Assembly (NCBI GenBank): GCA_030141605.1
Contig: JAQGDQ010000045.1
Span: 1 to 64,000, forward strand
DNA length: 64,000 nt
Source: Tubiluchus corallicola
Taxonomy: Eukaryota; Animalia; Priapulida
Direction: 5' to 3'
A program made the position numbers and the translations under genes. Shown in pieces: positions 1 through 48,715 of this stretch; within the stretch, counting starts at the first letter, position 1, and every line of letters begins with the position of its first letter. The notes beneath the pieces were generated by a model. The model made no database searches and was not told the DNA's origin. It was given only the letters and a program-made list of their open reading frames with translations.

Positions 1-5
1 CACAA

Positions 6-6
<1 letters not shown>

Positions 7-43
<37 letters not shown>
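7..43. repeat. (ATG/GAT)n trinucleotide microsatellite
   Basis: About 12 perfect GAT units read directly. Confidence 0.95.
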
Positions 44-45
<2 letters not shown>

Positions 46-153
46 AATTTTTAATAGTAATTAAAAATGATGTACAAATGATAGAACGTTGCTGTAGTAA
101 GAAATAGATGCATAATAACCAACAAGGAAATTTGCTAAAAACCAACATTATAC

Positions 154-396
154 CTTGCCTTCTTCCAGTGGGATACTATCATTTGTAAGTTCCACTCCAG
201 GTGGAAGACAGCATTTAACTTCGTCAGATGGAGCGTTAAAGAATGCAGGCACCAAATTATGCCAAGCAGAAAATAAGTCACCCATGCCAGCGAGCAAAAA
301 TACGCATAACTGAAATCTGTTGAAACTTCCAAAACTTAAAAGAACATCCTCAACATGTACAAGTAGCTTTGTGTTAGCTCTGTGCTCTTGATCCAT
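154..396 (-). CDS. SLC22 family organic cation/anion transporter-like protein, first coding exon (gene continues off the left edge)
   Basis: MDQEHRANTKLLVHVEDVLLSFGSFNRFQLCVFLL...FFNAPSDEVKCCLPP...NDSIPLEEGK resembles the SLC22 N-terminus (E/D-D-x-L-x-x-x-G-x-F-G-x-F-Q motif, TM1, Cys in the first loop). Ends at phase-0 donor AAG|GTATAA; 243 bp = 81 codons. Confidence 0.8.
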
Positions 397-1906
397 AATA
401 TAAATTCAGTTAATCATTGTAAATGAGTAGAGCAATTTTGGTAGAACACAATACCACGCGCCATGGCCAACAACTCAAAAAGTACTAAGTGCAGCAACTG
501 ATGATTATGACACAATGTAAAGACAACACTGACATGATATTGTTTTGATACAAACATACGCAAAAATTAACTTGCTGTTATATTAACTCCAAACTACGAC
601 TTTCGAGCTTTGTACTTTGAGATTTACTGTGCTCGTTTACTGTTTAGTATCTGGCAATTGACGCCTAACATAATGTCAATCATTTCCGTGGACTGCCCAA
701 TCAGCGTGCAAGTTATTTCGCACCTCTGCAGAGCTAAATTAACGCAGGACATTTAGCTACAGCTCCATCTAATACTGATATTCATTAGTTAGCGGGAGAA
801 ATATCGGCTTGGTTCTAGATTTTATTATTGTTAATTGAAATTGCAAGTAAATTACTGGAAATATAATAGTCTAGTTTCGTTTATAGGAAGAAGTAACAAA
901 GCCTACGTCTATGAGTTGTTGATCAAATCATTTAGCAATCAAGAAAATGTGCAGTTTAGTTTAGTTTATGGGTTTGCAAGTTAGATAAAAAACAACTATT
1001 TGATTAACTTTCACTAAGGACAAAACAAAATGTTTTCTTTTCTGGCCAGTATTTATAAACCTCAATGAGATCTTCACAGTCAAAATTAATTGAAATGTGG
1101 CCAAAACCAATATTATACATCAGTGTAATATTAGTTAATTATACGCTATTTTGTTTTATTATAGTCATGGTTAAAAGATACCATTGGGACTTATGTAACT
1201 CAGGCATTCAATATAAGGGTCGTTGATGGAATGGAACAATCAAATTTATTCTACTTCCGTAGCCTAACCAACGGAAAAATACAAAAACTGAATAAATCTT
1301 ACAGACGAGCACATGATGTTAATATAGAAAAAAATTCATCACAGTCATGATATGTTCGTATGGTTAAAGGCAAGAAAGACAATGTTTTTGTTGCTCATTT
1401 ATTGTAAAGGAAGGCTAATTGGTTTAGTTTCTTTTTTATTATACTCATGTCTCTGTATTTTGTAGTGCTTTGAAACTTCGTCTCTACATTCAGTTTAAAT
1501 TGAAGTCATTTTTGGCTACTTGAAGTGTTAATTTCGTGTAAAAATAGCTGCTGCTCTGCAAATTTGTGCTTATGAAAAAGTGCAATCAGTTTATCTGCTG
1601 ATTAGACATTAGTTGTGACTGTCATGTTGTAAAAAATTAGCTTAGTTTAGTCTAGATAGTTGTTGTCCAGCGTGAGCTGTTGTGCCGAATGCGGAATGGC
1701 ATGCAGCGGAGACGGAGCGATAGACCGATGTATTTGACGTCAGTTGTATACATAGCGCAGCATAATTATGTGACATAGCATATTATGAAATTACAAATGA
1801 CATACAATACCTTTCAACTTCGTTTTTAATAATCAATTTTAAAACCAGTAGTTTCAAACTTCAACTGCATTTACGGGATTGGCTTGCATAATCTTTATAA
1901 CTATCT

Positions 1907-2075
1907 GGATGGGTGTGCAGTAAAAATAGCATAGGCAAAAATGGCACAGGAAAATATGGCTCGGTAAAAATGGCATAGGAAAAAATGGCACAAATGGAAA
2001 AGTAGGTAAAAATTACATAGGAAAAAATGGTACGGTAATGGCACAGTGAAATGGCACAAGTAAAAATGGCACATC
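1907..2075. mobile_element. Degenerate repeat built from AAAAATGGCAC/ATAGG tandem units, probable non-autonomous DNA element fragment
   Basis: About 9 imperfect copies of (G/T)AAAAATGGCA(C/T)A; these explain the spurious ORF 1861-2229. Confidence 0.55.
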
Positions 2076-2659
2076 GGTTATATTGATGTAACTGACTTCT
2101 ATAATAAAACTCAGTAAATATGCGCTCATTAGGAAGCAGATCTCTACCAATGCGGAACAATCCAAAACTTATTCGTCTGATTCTTTTGATTAAAAAAATT
2201 AACGCAAAGATAAACAAGCAAGCATACAAAAACGTACCTGTGTTCGTATTATCTAGATTAGCAAAAGACTCAAAATATTTTATTTATTGAAAATAATTAT
2301 AATCAATAGTGCATGAACATTTCTACATCGTGTTTACCTTTTTTTCTTTAACCATTAATTTTGATGGCAATAGACGGACGTATATCAAGTCAGCTTACAA
2401 GCATGCATGAAAAATCAAAGGTTATAGACAGCGTTACACAGTTTTCCAAGCGATAGTTTCTAGAAATGGAGCCTGGAACTAACTCCTAGCTGCTTGTCCT
2501 GCTGGAGATAATAAAAAAGAATTGCCCTATCTTACAGCCAAGTCCTCCTCTTTCTATAACAGTCTCTCTGGGACTTCCACGAAGTGCTTCATGAATGTTT
2601 TCTTAATGTAGTGTTTTGTCAAGCTTTGCAAAAGACGACCATCCTGGCACGCATACCAC

Positions 2660-2776
2660 CTTCTCCACAAAATTTCGTGGAATTCTATCAGGTAGTTTTT
2701 GTGTAACAGGCTTACTGCTATAACAAACAAAAAAACAGACAAATTGTGTTGAAACATAACTTCCTTGACAGAGGTA
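2660..2776 (-). mobile_element. Helentron/DINE-like non-autonomous element end
   Basis: Ends in AAACATAACTTCCTTGACAGAGGTA, a degenerate reverse complement of the TACCTCCGCCAAGGAGGTTATGTTT terminus, preceded by AACAAACAAA/ACAGAC simple repeat. Family assignment is from recall. Confidence 0.5.
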
Positions 2777-4069
2777 GAAATAATTAAATAATTATCCTCC
2801 ATTGTAACCGATTAGGTACTGACATATATATATATTATTTATTTTTTATAAACTTGCGCGTTTCGGTTTGGTTAGCATTGAAATACTTCAAATTTAGCGC
2901 CACACAGACATCTTGCGACATGCGTTTTTCTCACTTGTATTCCCTTTTGCTAGTGTAACAGTTACGTTAGACTCTCTGGAGTGGCCTTTAGAACAGAGAC
3001 GTGTAGAACAACTTTTGTTAATAGTTCAGTGAATATTATGTACATAATCATGTAGATGTTAACAGTGATATATCCGAGCTACCAGAGAAAGCCAAAATTT
3101 ACAGCAGTACAAGCTTCAATGTTATCAGCGCAACAAAGATGGTTTTAAATACAGTACTCATTTGGACCACATTCAGTCATCCAATGGAATAATCAACCTT
3201 CACATAGTGCGAATCTCGGACACAGTGAAGTTTAGAACAGCGATACAAAAGTTTGATCTGACATTGAACAGAAATCATTTAAATGTTCACTGGATAGTGT
3301 TATTTCATTGCCACGCACGCACGCTGCAGTAATATTCCTAAAGGAGTGTTGCAGTATCTAGTTTACCTACATTCAGATTCAAATTGTTGATGCCATAATG
3401 CAGCTTAACAAGGTCCTCTTAATTGCTACCATGCAGTGGATTTCAATAATAAAGTATGTTTAGTCGCACTTGTTTAATTTTCTTAAGTTTGTTCTTTTTT
3501 CCAAATACACAGTATAAAATTGTACATGTATTGTTGGTGAAATAAACTGAATTTGACTTTGAATTATGGAACCGCAAACTCAGCTGCCTGGCAGGTCGTG
3601 CGTGCATGTGTTTAGAGCGTAAATAAACTTATATGCATTGAACCTGTCGTTTTCAGCCAGGGTAAAAAGGTTTTGTGCAATTGTGTTTCATGACCACAAA
3701 ATTTGGATGATTGTACTATGTATTGACACAATACGAAATAATAACCTGTAATTATTAGGTCGTTAACTATCATATGATAGCCTTTGTGCACGTTCCGGTA
3801 GCGTTAGCTTGAGATTTAGAAGTAACAGATTAGTGGACATAATTTATTTTATTACTGTAGTTTGGGAACATATGATATAGCCTGTTGAATTGGTTATACC
3901 CGTTTACACTTCATTGATATAAACTTATGTTTTTGTTTTGCACTTGTTGGTGAAAAGAGTCAAATACCTGATGATATTTAAAATTTTGAAGAAACACGAA
4001 GAAGTGTGAGAGAAAAACTAATCAGTTTATGATAGCAGTCAAAAGAAAGAATAGGCTCAAAAAAGGCAG

Positions 4070-4351
4070 TCAAAAAGGCTCAGAAATGCATCATACAGGA
4101 AAGGTGATGAAGTGACATAAAAGAAATGTCAGAAGAGAAAAACAAAAGCACAATGTTATTAGTAGAAATCTATACATAAAAAAGAGAAGTGCAGATCTAT
4201 ACAAAGTACTCAAAAAGGCTCAGAAGTGCATCATACAGGAAAGGAAGTGCAGTGACATTAAAGAAATGTCAGAAGAGAGGAACAAAAGGACAATGTTGTT
4301 AGCAGAAATAGAAAATATTAAAAAGAGAAGTGGAGAGCTATATACAGTACA
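4070..4351. repeat. Diverged tandem duplication, two copies of about 140 bp, upstream of SEH1
   Basis: TCAAAAAGGCTCAGAA(A/G)TGCATCATACAGGAAAGG...AAAGAAATGTCAGAAGAGA...AAAAAGAGAAGTG occurs at about 4070 and again at about 4210. Confidence 0.85.
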
Positions 4352-4634
4352 TGGTTTATATCCAGAATGTAAATACAACATATATTTGGCACTTACTGAT
4401 ATAGAAGGCAGTAGAATTAGTATAATGATGGAGATGAGATTACTGGAAACTTCTAGTCATGTCTTTATAAAAAGTTTTCGTAACTTGTCAGTGGGTCGAC
4501 TGAATCGACAACTCTGGAGCTAACACTGAAAGTTTCATTCAAACGCAGTAACACTTCTGCTCCCTTGTTGAAACATCTGTGGTTTCTGCTATCATTTAGT
4601 GACTTGAGTCTGTTTTTTTTAGATTATATAAATC

Positions 4635-14090
<9,456 letters not shown>

Positions 14091-14846
14091 CGGATGTCTA
14101 ACTTCGTGTTCGTCTTCAGGTCCATGTGGCAAACTTTGGCGTGGAGAACTGTATGAATTATGATAACTGTAATTATGATTACTTCATGGGACGACATTAG
14201 GAGAATGCACATCCCAGGATCCCCCATGGTATCTTTCTTTAGTTTTATCTAGTATATACTCAATTTAGTTGTATATATAACATTTAGCATTATGAATGCA
14301 AAATGTTGCATATTATTACCACATTTTTGCCATTGCTTACTCATCATTGTGTTTAATTTTAATGCTACAAGAACTTAGGTAAAGCAAATTACATTACACA
14401 TGGATACAAACAAAACAAGTATACTTAAAGTACACAGATTATACACATCTCATTTCATAATCCTCCAGAAAGGTGGCATCATTTTAAGCGTGAAAATGTT
14501 AAGAAAATAGTTTAGTCTGACCAAAACAAATAGAATCATTTGCTGATGTAGATGAAAGTAGCAGGTTGTGTAAATGGTAAATGGTCAAAAATAGACCTGC
14601 AATACTATTTGAAGACAATGGTCATAAGGATACTGAGCCAGCCATCCTCTATTTCAGCACGTTTTAAAAACAAAGACGAAACTGAGTTCTGTTTGCAGTT
14701 ACACATTAACAAAAACTAGAAAGAGAAGTTTTCAATTTAATCGTACAATTTTCCATATATTAACTATAAAAGATGGTGCATGGTAAAACCACGTACATGT
14801 CTAATGGGCAACACAAATAATGTGAGCAACATTATTACATAGACAG

Positions 14847-14924
14847 AATAAAAGCTAAGGCAAATGTACAAGCATGTCGCACCCAAGCAACAATGTTATA
14901 AATATCTTCTCTGATAGTTTTATT
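14847..14924. terminator. Candidate convergent polyadenylation signals: AATAAA (+, 14847-14852) for SEH1 and AATAAA (-, 14924-14919) for G-alpha-s
   Basis: Hexamers read directly; usage unproven in AT-rich DNA. Confidence 0.35.
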
Positions 14925-17900
14925 TCATTTTAGAGCAGAAATCGATTTACACTTTACTCCACATTTTCAATTTACAATAAGTGTACAAGCACAAGTACGT
15001 TTATGCATAATTTTGATTCTTACACTATTCTTTCAAATATCAGTTAGAAACTTATTCAGAAAAACATTTACACAATTTTTTGTTCAGTACAAATGGTTAC
15101 TGTTTGTTACATACAGGACTATGCTTACAATAATCTTTTATTTATAATTTATTAACAAAAAGAAGAGATATAACATAACAACAGTGCATCCCAATAAAAT
15201 TTGACAACATCACTAAAGACTGTAAGAGAATGCAATATATAATATGCTAAACCATAAACAGTTTCTATTGAATATAGCAAAAATAACATTACAATGAGAT
15301 AGACAAACAACATTTCCATCAGTTTTATAATGTTACTGAAGTATAACGTTATCAAATTAAATACACTTAATAATTTAGAACCAATTTTCAACCAATGGTC
15401 CTGGATATATTATTTCCACATTGTTTAACAACGTATTCTCAAAAATAAGTTGATTTTGCAAAAATAACACATAAACAAATATACTCAATAAATAAGCATG
15501 TAATCATGTAGCAGTACCATGAAAAACTACTTCAACTGCTACTTATTACTAGAGGGCAGGTTTTATGCTGTTTCTAGAGAGCAACTGTTGGTCAACTACA
15601 ATTTTTAACATACACAAGCCATAAGGACAAATCATTTGTAGAAAATGTAAATCCTTTCACTGATGTGCTGTGTAAAAAAGACCGGCCACATTTGATAAAA
15701 AGAAATTTTAAGCTCACATTACGAATACATTGCAATTAGTGCATTTCATATTCGGTGACATAGAAATAACGAAGAATCTTATAATCATGAAATTAGAAGT
15801 TGTAACTAAAGATAAAAATGAATGCCAAAGAAGGGAAGTCTGCAAATCATGCATGTAAATACAAGTCACGGTAAAGCGTCAATAACCATGTTTAAATTGT
15901 ACAAATCTGCCTGTTATATTCAAAAGCACTAAAGCAGCATGTATAATTACACTGTGTGCCCAATAATAATTTGCAACTTGTTGCATCTTATAAAAAAAAT
16001 CTACAACAAATATTAATAAAAGCATGATAAAGAGAATTAAGAGAGACAACAACAATCAACAACAACAATGATCTGTATATAAATAGTGCATTTCAGCAAA
16101 TATACAGTGTTTTCATTTCCAATATAACGATGCAAAGCCATGCTTGCACATGCCTCCCATTGTTATACTGAAGTGCAGCTTAACAATTTTTTATAGCATG
16201 TTTTAATTACATTTATCACACACATTGTATCCACAAGCAGACAGAATGGATACCAACCTTATCTTACAAAATAGCTTTGTCATAAACACAAAGCATGCAA
16301 ATGATACTGCAACGTCTTTGCAAAATTCATTATTTACACCAACAGATGTCAGACCATGCTGAATAATGCAACAATAGTGCGAGGCCTACAACAACATGTT
16401 ACGACTTCAAAGCTGGGCTGTTTTGCTGTGCAACTTTGGAGAAATCTTTCCGTGTTTTCAGAAACCCAAAATAATATGCACATGTTAAAGTCACAATAAA
16501 CAATCACATAAATAACCAAGAATGGCAGAATGGAAAAATCTCGGTGACAGCACAGCATTTTTTGATTATCAAAACCTTCTGACAAAGATTACTAGAAAAT
16601 GCTTACTGCTCTCATAAGAAATGCCCACACACGAGTCCAATTCACAACTCTTCAAAGACTGCGTAATTTTTTCATTTAGCTAATACAGCTAACTGACAAC
16701 AAGCAATCATGCTAGTAGCATGGATTTAGCTTAGCAGTTTAGTTTTTCATTATGCTCAAGACTCAGTAAAAGCCGTTAAACCACTGTCTTAAACAGTGAA
16801 CTGGAAAATGTGGCATCCAACCAACTAGAATGCAAACAATTTTTGTTCACAAATCAATTGGGCATTAACTCGTTTTAAATAACATATTGCAAATGGTAAC
16901 AATTACGCATTATTGAAGTTTACCTGTTCTTTGTCATTAATTTAGTCCTAAAAATTCATAAATAATTTCACGACAGTGTTTGCACGTTGTTGTAATAAAT
17001 GAAAAACTTGAATTGCATAAATTAAAATTAAGTGAACAAGGTATTATCACATCACCAATTCAAAATATTTCAAAAAAGTGATCAAACCAGCTAAAAACTA
17101 GGCTGCCAAAAGGAAAATGTACAGGTGCAAGATGAAATAGGGCCTCAGTTATACAACGCAGTTGGGTCCCTTTATCGAGTTAATATATCGAACTAAAAAT
17201 ATTAGGAAATATTGCCTATACAGTATTATTTTATTTTTCACAAATAATGGTGTTTTTCTGGTTATTTACAAGCAAAGTTACGAATGACATCTTCAGAGTC
17301 AAATGTCAGAAAAATCAGATGGTCCCAAAGATGCGTAGTGTCTGTTGTGGTACTCTCAGTGGGCCTGATAAAAACAGTAGATGCACCACGTTCCTGCCTA
17401 CAGTAAATTAGTAATGCCTCAAAAGCACCAGCCAAGAGTACATTAACCCAGAATCATATGTAAATGAAGTTATAAACAAAAACCAGAGTACAAGATGGAA
17501 AAGTAAATAAGAAAAAAATTGAGATATTTTTTGTGCGTGTTCTCTTGTTCAGTAACAGAGAATATGTCAGATACAAAGCAGTTCCATCTGTTATAACCTC
17601 AATTTCCTAACGGACTTTGCATTAAACAATGCAGTCATAAAAGGAGAAAAATTGTTTGACATTACATCATCACATATTTTAGTGAAAATGCCCCAGTGTT
17701 AAAGAACACTGAAAAACTTTTTTTCCATCCTGCCTAATTAGACAGACTAATTTTAATTTAATTGTAATTTTAATGTAACTTGTCACATCAGGTAAATGGC
17801 TTACCAATTATTTTCACATCTGCTTACCTCGAGCCTTTTCTCTTATGTTCTCACGGACATGTTTACAAACAGATTTCGAAGTGAAAGCAAAAATACTTAA

Positions 17901-18200
17901 ACGCTACCAAAACTATAAAAATTAGCCACAGCTTAAACAACCGACCACATCTTTTACTATAAAATTATTTGCCTACACTTATCGATAACATAAGCGTGCT
18001 GGGGCGGAAAGCTCCACTGCATTTTTGTTCGCCGAAAAAAATCACGATTGTATATAGAGCAGTTCCATACATACAACAACTAGATACGCTCTGTACCCGT
18101 TACTGGGCAATGACTTTTATCATCAAAGTCAGCATCATTCTGTTTAACATGTGCATATAGCAAAAACATCATTGTAGTAGGACATATATAATACGTAGTA

Positions 18201-44348
<26,148 letters not shown>

Positions 44349-44519
44349 CACTTGAATCATCGATAAATATGTTGCCGAAAAGCCGACTTTCGGCCCCGGC
44401 AAATCAGTACTCGTTTGTATTATTATCCGAAGATATAATCACAATAATGTACAATTTTTCATCAACGTGGTACAACAAAAATCCATAAATTTCTGCGCAA
44501 TTTCACAAAAAATCCTATA

Positions 44520-44640
44520 TTTTCTCTAGTAGAACTGCATTCAACTTCTCCACGTTCGAGGGTGCGGCGCGCAGAACATCATCAATATCGAAAACATAAC
44601 CTCACTGCGCCACCTATTGCAAAGCATGCCAACATTATAG
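44520..44640 (-). promoter_or_regulatory. Candidate promoter of the canonical G-alpha-s transcript
   Basis: Local CpG-rich patch (GGGTGCGGCGCGCAG, TGCGCCACCTATTG) about 200-270 bp upstream of the ATG; position-based inference. Confidence 0.35.
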
Positions 44641-45789
44641 CACTTTTATATCCCATGTAAACTTGTCAACGAACATTCTAGACTTAAAAATTCAATTATA
44701 CACTAAACGGACAAGGCGTGATGAAATTAATATTAACATTCATTGAAATAAAAAAGTGCATTTAAATTTATGTATAAAAATACTAAAACTGTTTGACAAA
44801 AAATTAATCTTAATAGTTAATCCTATCAGTCATAATTTATTCCTGACTTCCTGTTGGAACCGAACTGTTTGAAAAGGCAGTACCATTTTGAAAATGAATA
44901 CTTGGCAGCATCACAACAGCTATGTGTCGACAACGTACAGTGATGGGCAATGAGTTTTAATCAAAATATAAGGCAAACGTTTTTTCATATGAACTTCAAA
45001 TAACAACTTTTGGGTACATTCACTATTCACAAATTGCGCATGTAAAAAAATACTACTGTAATTATATTTAATTTTTAGGTCTCTAGGATGAAAACCTTGA
45101 TGAAGTCGGCTTACTAGAAGTTGAGAACAAACCAAGATAAAATCTTATAGCTCTAAGGGAAATCGGAAATGGCAATGCACGCTTTTGGGGAAGTTTTACA
45201 AATGATTTAATACAAATCACCCGACATTTTCGTTTAATGCGAGAGACAGAAAGTACTTTTAAGTATTTAAACACTACGACTTTTCTGAAATGTCATCAAC
45301 TGAGTTAATTAGTTAGTTGGTTAGTCGTTTATTGTCGATTAAAATACAATAGATTGCATGGATGGAAAGCAACAACGATAGAAATTTTAATTAACAATCA
45401 TCCTAGTCAAAAAGAGTTGTATCTGTATAGCCGATAGCGTGCTGATAAACAGTGACTAAAAATCATAAAAAATACAGTAGAAATTCACTTTCAACTTTTC
45501 AACCGCTCAGACACTTTCAGGCGTTCATAATAATAACGTTACACAACTTCTCGCATAACTGCGTATGTGCGAAAACAGTGCTTAGATTGAAATACACTAT
45601 AATCAGGAAACTGTCGCGGCATTAGTGTAGATAACCCTATATCAATGTACCTAACAAACGTAGAAACTTGTTTATATAGTTATAGTTGGACAACCAGAAT
45701 TTGTAGTGTGTCAAAGTTCCACAGCACTAAAACGTTGGAAAGTCCTTGGGACTCGATTAAGTTAAAACAATAGTTTCACTTTAACTCAC

Positions 45790-45967
45790 CTACTAGTAAC
45801 AGCTTGTAAGGTTGACGAATCCGTCTGGGTTGAAGCTGTTCTTTGTTTAATGCTGTTGTTGCCAAAAACGCGTACATATCCATTATCGGTTCGCTGTAGT
45901 CATCGTCGTCAGTGTTAGATGACTCAATCTGACTGCCTCTGCACGAACAACAAGATTTATTCCCCAT
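45790..45967 (-). CDS. GNAS: Putative alternative first coding exon of G-alpha-s (N-terminally variant 392-aa isoform)
   Basis: MGNKSCCSCRGSQIESSNTDDDDYSEPIMDMYAFLATTALNKEQLQPRRIRQPYKLLLV-G|GTGAGT; 178 bp, phase 1, splices in frame to exon 2 to give [14 protein letters not shown]. Confidence 0.8.
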
Positions 45968-47105
45968 AAATGCTTAACTACTGCTTATGAGTAATGAGTA
46001 CTCATCTAGTAGTTCCTCCAAAAAGCGGTTAAAAAACTGCATGCATCTAACGATTATGAACAAAAGTTATTGATTTTGCTTTAATGTCCAATGTTGGCGT
46101 GGAGAAGCGAAATAAACAATCATGTGTCAAAGTTACTTTTGTTAGTTTAAAAACACTCCTGCATGTGCTCAGTAGTGGCAAGCTCAGCGAGTGTGATGTA
46201 GATAGACCTGTCCGTCATAAACCATCAAAATAGTTTCTTATTAATCAAAATACTTTATAGTGGTTCGGATTTGTGATACTCTGGCTCTATTCCTGATTGG
46301 ACTGTGAACTTTGGCATGGCAGGAGCGGTATCCTTGTGTAATTCGTAAACACTCAACTTTAGCCCTTTATAATTATTAATACTTAATCTGGGAAATTGGC
46401 ATGTTATTATAGCACAACGTATACACGTATGAGCAGTATGACTAGTGACTACCACAAGTGGATAATCAATTGTCGCGATCTCAAAATATAGTTAGTGGGA
46501 TCCAGTATTACATGTTTTATACTAAATCTTGCTTTGCCTTTGCTTTTCAGAGTGACTGAACGCTATCGAACGTTACAAAAACGAGATGCATTGTGTTTGA
46601 AGATTCAGTGACCATTAGGGCCACCCTAGTGGAGATTAACTGGTTTTAAAAAAATTTCTAACACATGTATATACAGTAGGCGGCTTCGCCTATTGATAAA
46701 TTTTCTTCCATGCGCTTGTTTTTAAGGCAGTAGATATAATAAAATGAAATTGTTCTGCATTGGAGATCCTCGGTGATTTATAAAGGACAAGTTGTGGCAC
46801 TTGATGAAGAGAATACAGGAACAGAGATAGAGCTATACTTTGCATATAATTTGCAGGAAGAAAGTTCCTTAATGTCCATAGATGACAAACTTGGCTTATT
46901 TCCTAAAGTCACTGCAAGTTACTAAAAAAAAGTATATATATGTATTAAAACATAATTATTCCTTATAATAGTATCAAGAGATTTATCTTTGGGAAATCTC
47001 AGTAATAATAAAAATTTCTAACACAGAGAGACAGCATAAATAGTATCCATGTTATTAGAAAAGTTGCAAAACATTTCAACACTTGCCTGGAGTGATCTCC
47101 AATTG

Positions 47106-47317
47106 TAAGTGTTCAAAATGGTGTTAGCAAAATCAGAAAGTAATGACATGGTTGAACTGACAGAGATTCAGTATGTATTGTATACAGTAAATTGCACGTG
47201 GGACTGTCTACAGTACCTAGTCTACTGAATCCCTGTAAACTTTTGCGTAAGGGTCGTGGCACTTCTTACATATCATTACTTTCTGGTTTTTCTCGAGCTG
47301 CACATTTTGAACACTTA
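47106..47317. mobile_element. Fold-back (palindromic) element, probable MITE remnant
   Basis: Nested inverted pairs: TAAGTGTTCAAAATG/CATTTTGAACACTTA, CAGAAAGTAATGA/TCATTACTTTCTG, ACAGAGATTCAGTA/TACTGAATCCCTGT. Confidence 0.75.
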
Positions 47318-48174
47318 AACGTTTTGTGGATTTGTTTTCAATAATATGACAACGTTTCATGCAATCATTCAGTGTTTAAAAATTTTATAATTGTTGTTTC
47401 AGTCTTATTTTCACTGCATGATGGCCACCAGTTTTCGCAGATTCATTATAAATCTGGAGTATGGAATAAAATTATCAGAAAAGACGTCGAGAAAGCTAAA
47501 TGACTACAATTCTAGTGTAACTTTAGAGCAAAACCTTGCTTATAGTGTGATTCCAGCTAATGCTGGAAGCTAGCGCCAGCTGGTGAATGTATTTTTGGGA
47601 TAAATGCCACTATAAATCATGTAAAGCCATGATTGTGTAGGTAACACGATGGCGTGGATATGCCATTTGTGCATGCATATGTAGGTTATGTATTTCAAGT
47701 CATGTGTTCCGGATTCTGCTGATATTTTCACTTTTGCGCAAAATTACTATTATATCTTAACAAGTAAAATGATCATAATGACTTTTTCTTTATACTTGTT
47801 TTAATAGTTGAAAAATTTAAATGCCCACATGCCACATGTCTTACATTGCTTATTAAAATATTTGTAATTTTTTGTATTCATGCACAGCTAGGTAGCTTAT
47901 TTAACAATTGCTTTTTCGTGTTGTTTTAATTTTCAAGTTATCTGTATTAATATTTTTGCACGAAATTTTATAAAAACTGTACATTTATAAATTGTTGTAT
48001 TACTTATGTTGCATAAATTTTAACATGAATGTTTCAACATATTGTTGTATTTTCATCATTTGTGCAATTTGCCAGTAGTGTACATGAGGTAGTGTATTTG
48101 AGCAAGTAGAACTTGATTCATCTGTTATAAATATATAGTAAGACAGACTGATGCATCATTAAACACTTCACAGC

Positions 48175-48715
48175 CAAGTCTGTGGAATCGGGAATAGGAA
48201 TCAGCAATAAATCTATTGCTAAAAGAAACGGAGACGGAGTTGTCAAAAATTAGGGTTTTACAGTCGTAGTCCGACTCGGGAGTATACTTGCTGTTAGAGG
48301 AGTCGGTAGACAAACTCCGACCCCAGTTGCTTTTAAAAGAATTATACCTAATACTAGGTCACGTTAAGTAAATTATATCAGCAAAAGTAAACTGCCGATT
48401 GTTATGGCTCAGGTGGCAGCTTCTTATCCTGAGCAATTACGACCTGTGTTATATATACTTAAAAAATATTTACCTTGTTTTTATTTTTGCAAACACCTTT
48501 TGGGGAACTTGAGCATAAGAAATAGCCTGGTGATACACTTGGTAGTGATTCAAAATGCCACTGTAACTAAGCAGTTAAATATTGAGAGTACTACAAACTA
48601 TTATCTAAAGGTAGGAGTCGGATTCTTAGTTGAGGCTCCTAAAACTTTAGGAGTCGGAGTTGGATCTTCTAAAATTCTTGGAGCCGGAGTTAAATGCATT
48701 GTCTTCACGACAACT
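48175..48715. mobile_element. Degenerate MITE with GGAGTCGGAGT subterminal repeats
   Basis: Clusters of GGAGTCGG/CCGACTC motifs at about 48180-48325 and 48610-48690. Confidence 0.55.

Noticed and set aside
45651-45740. A third first-exon candidate ending FLRLL-G|GTACAT
   Set aside because: In-frame stop upstream, no ATG, weak donor.
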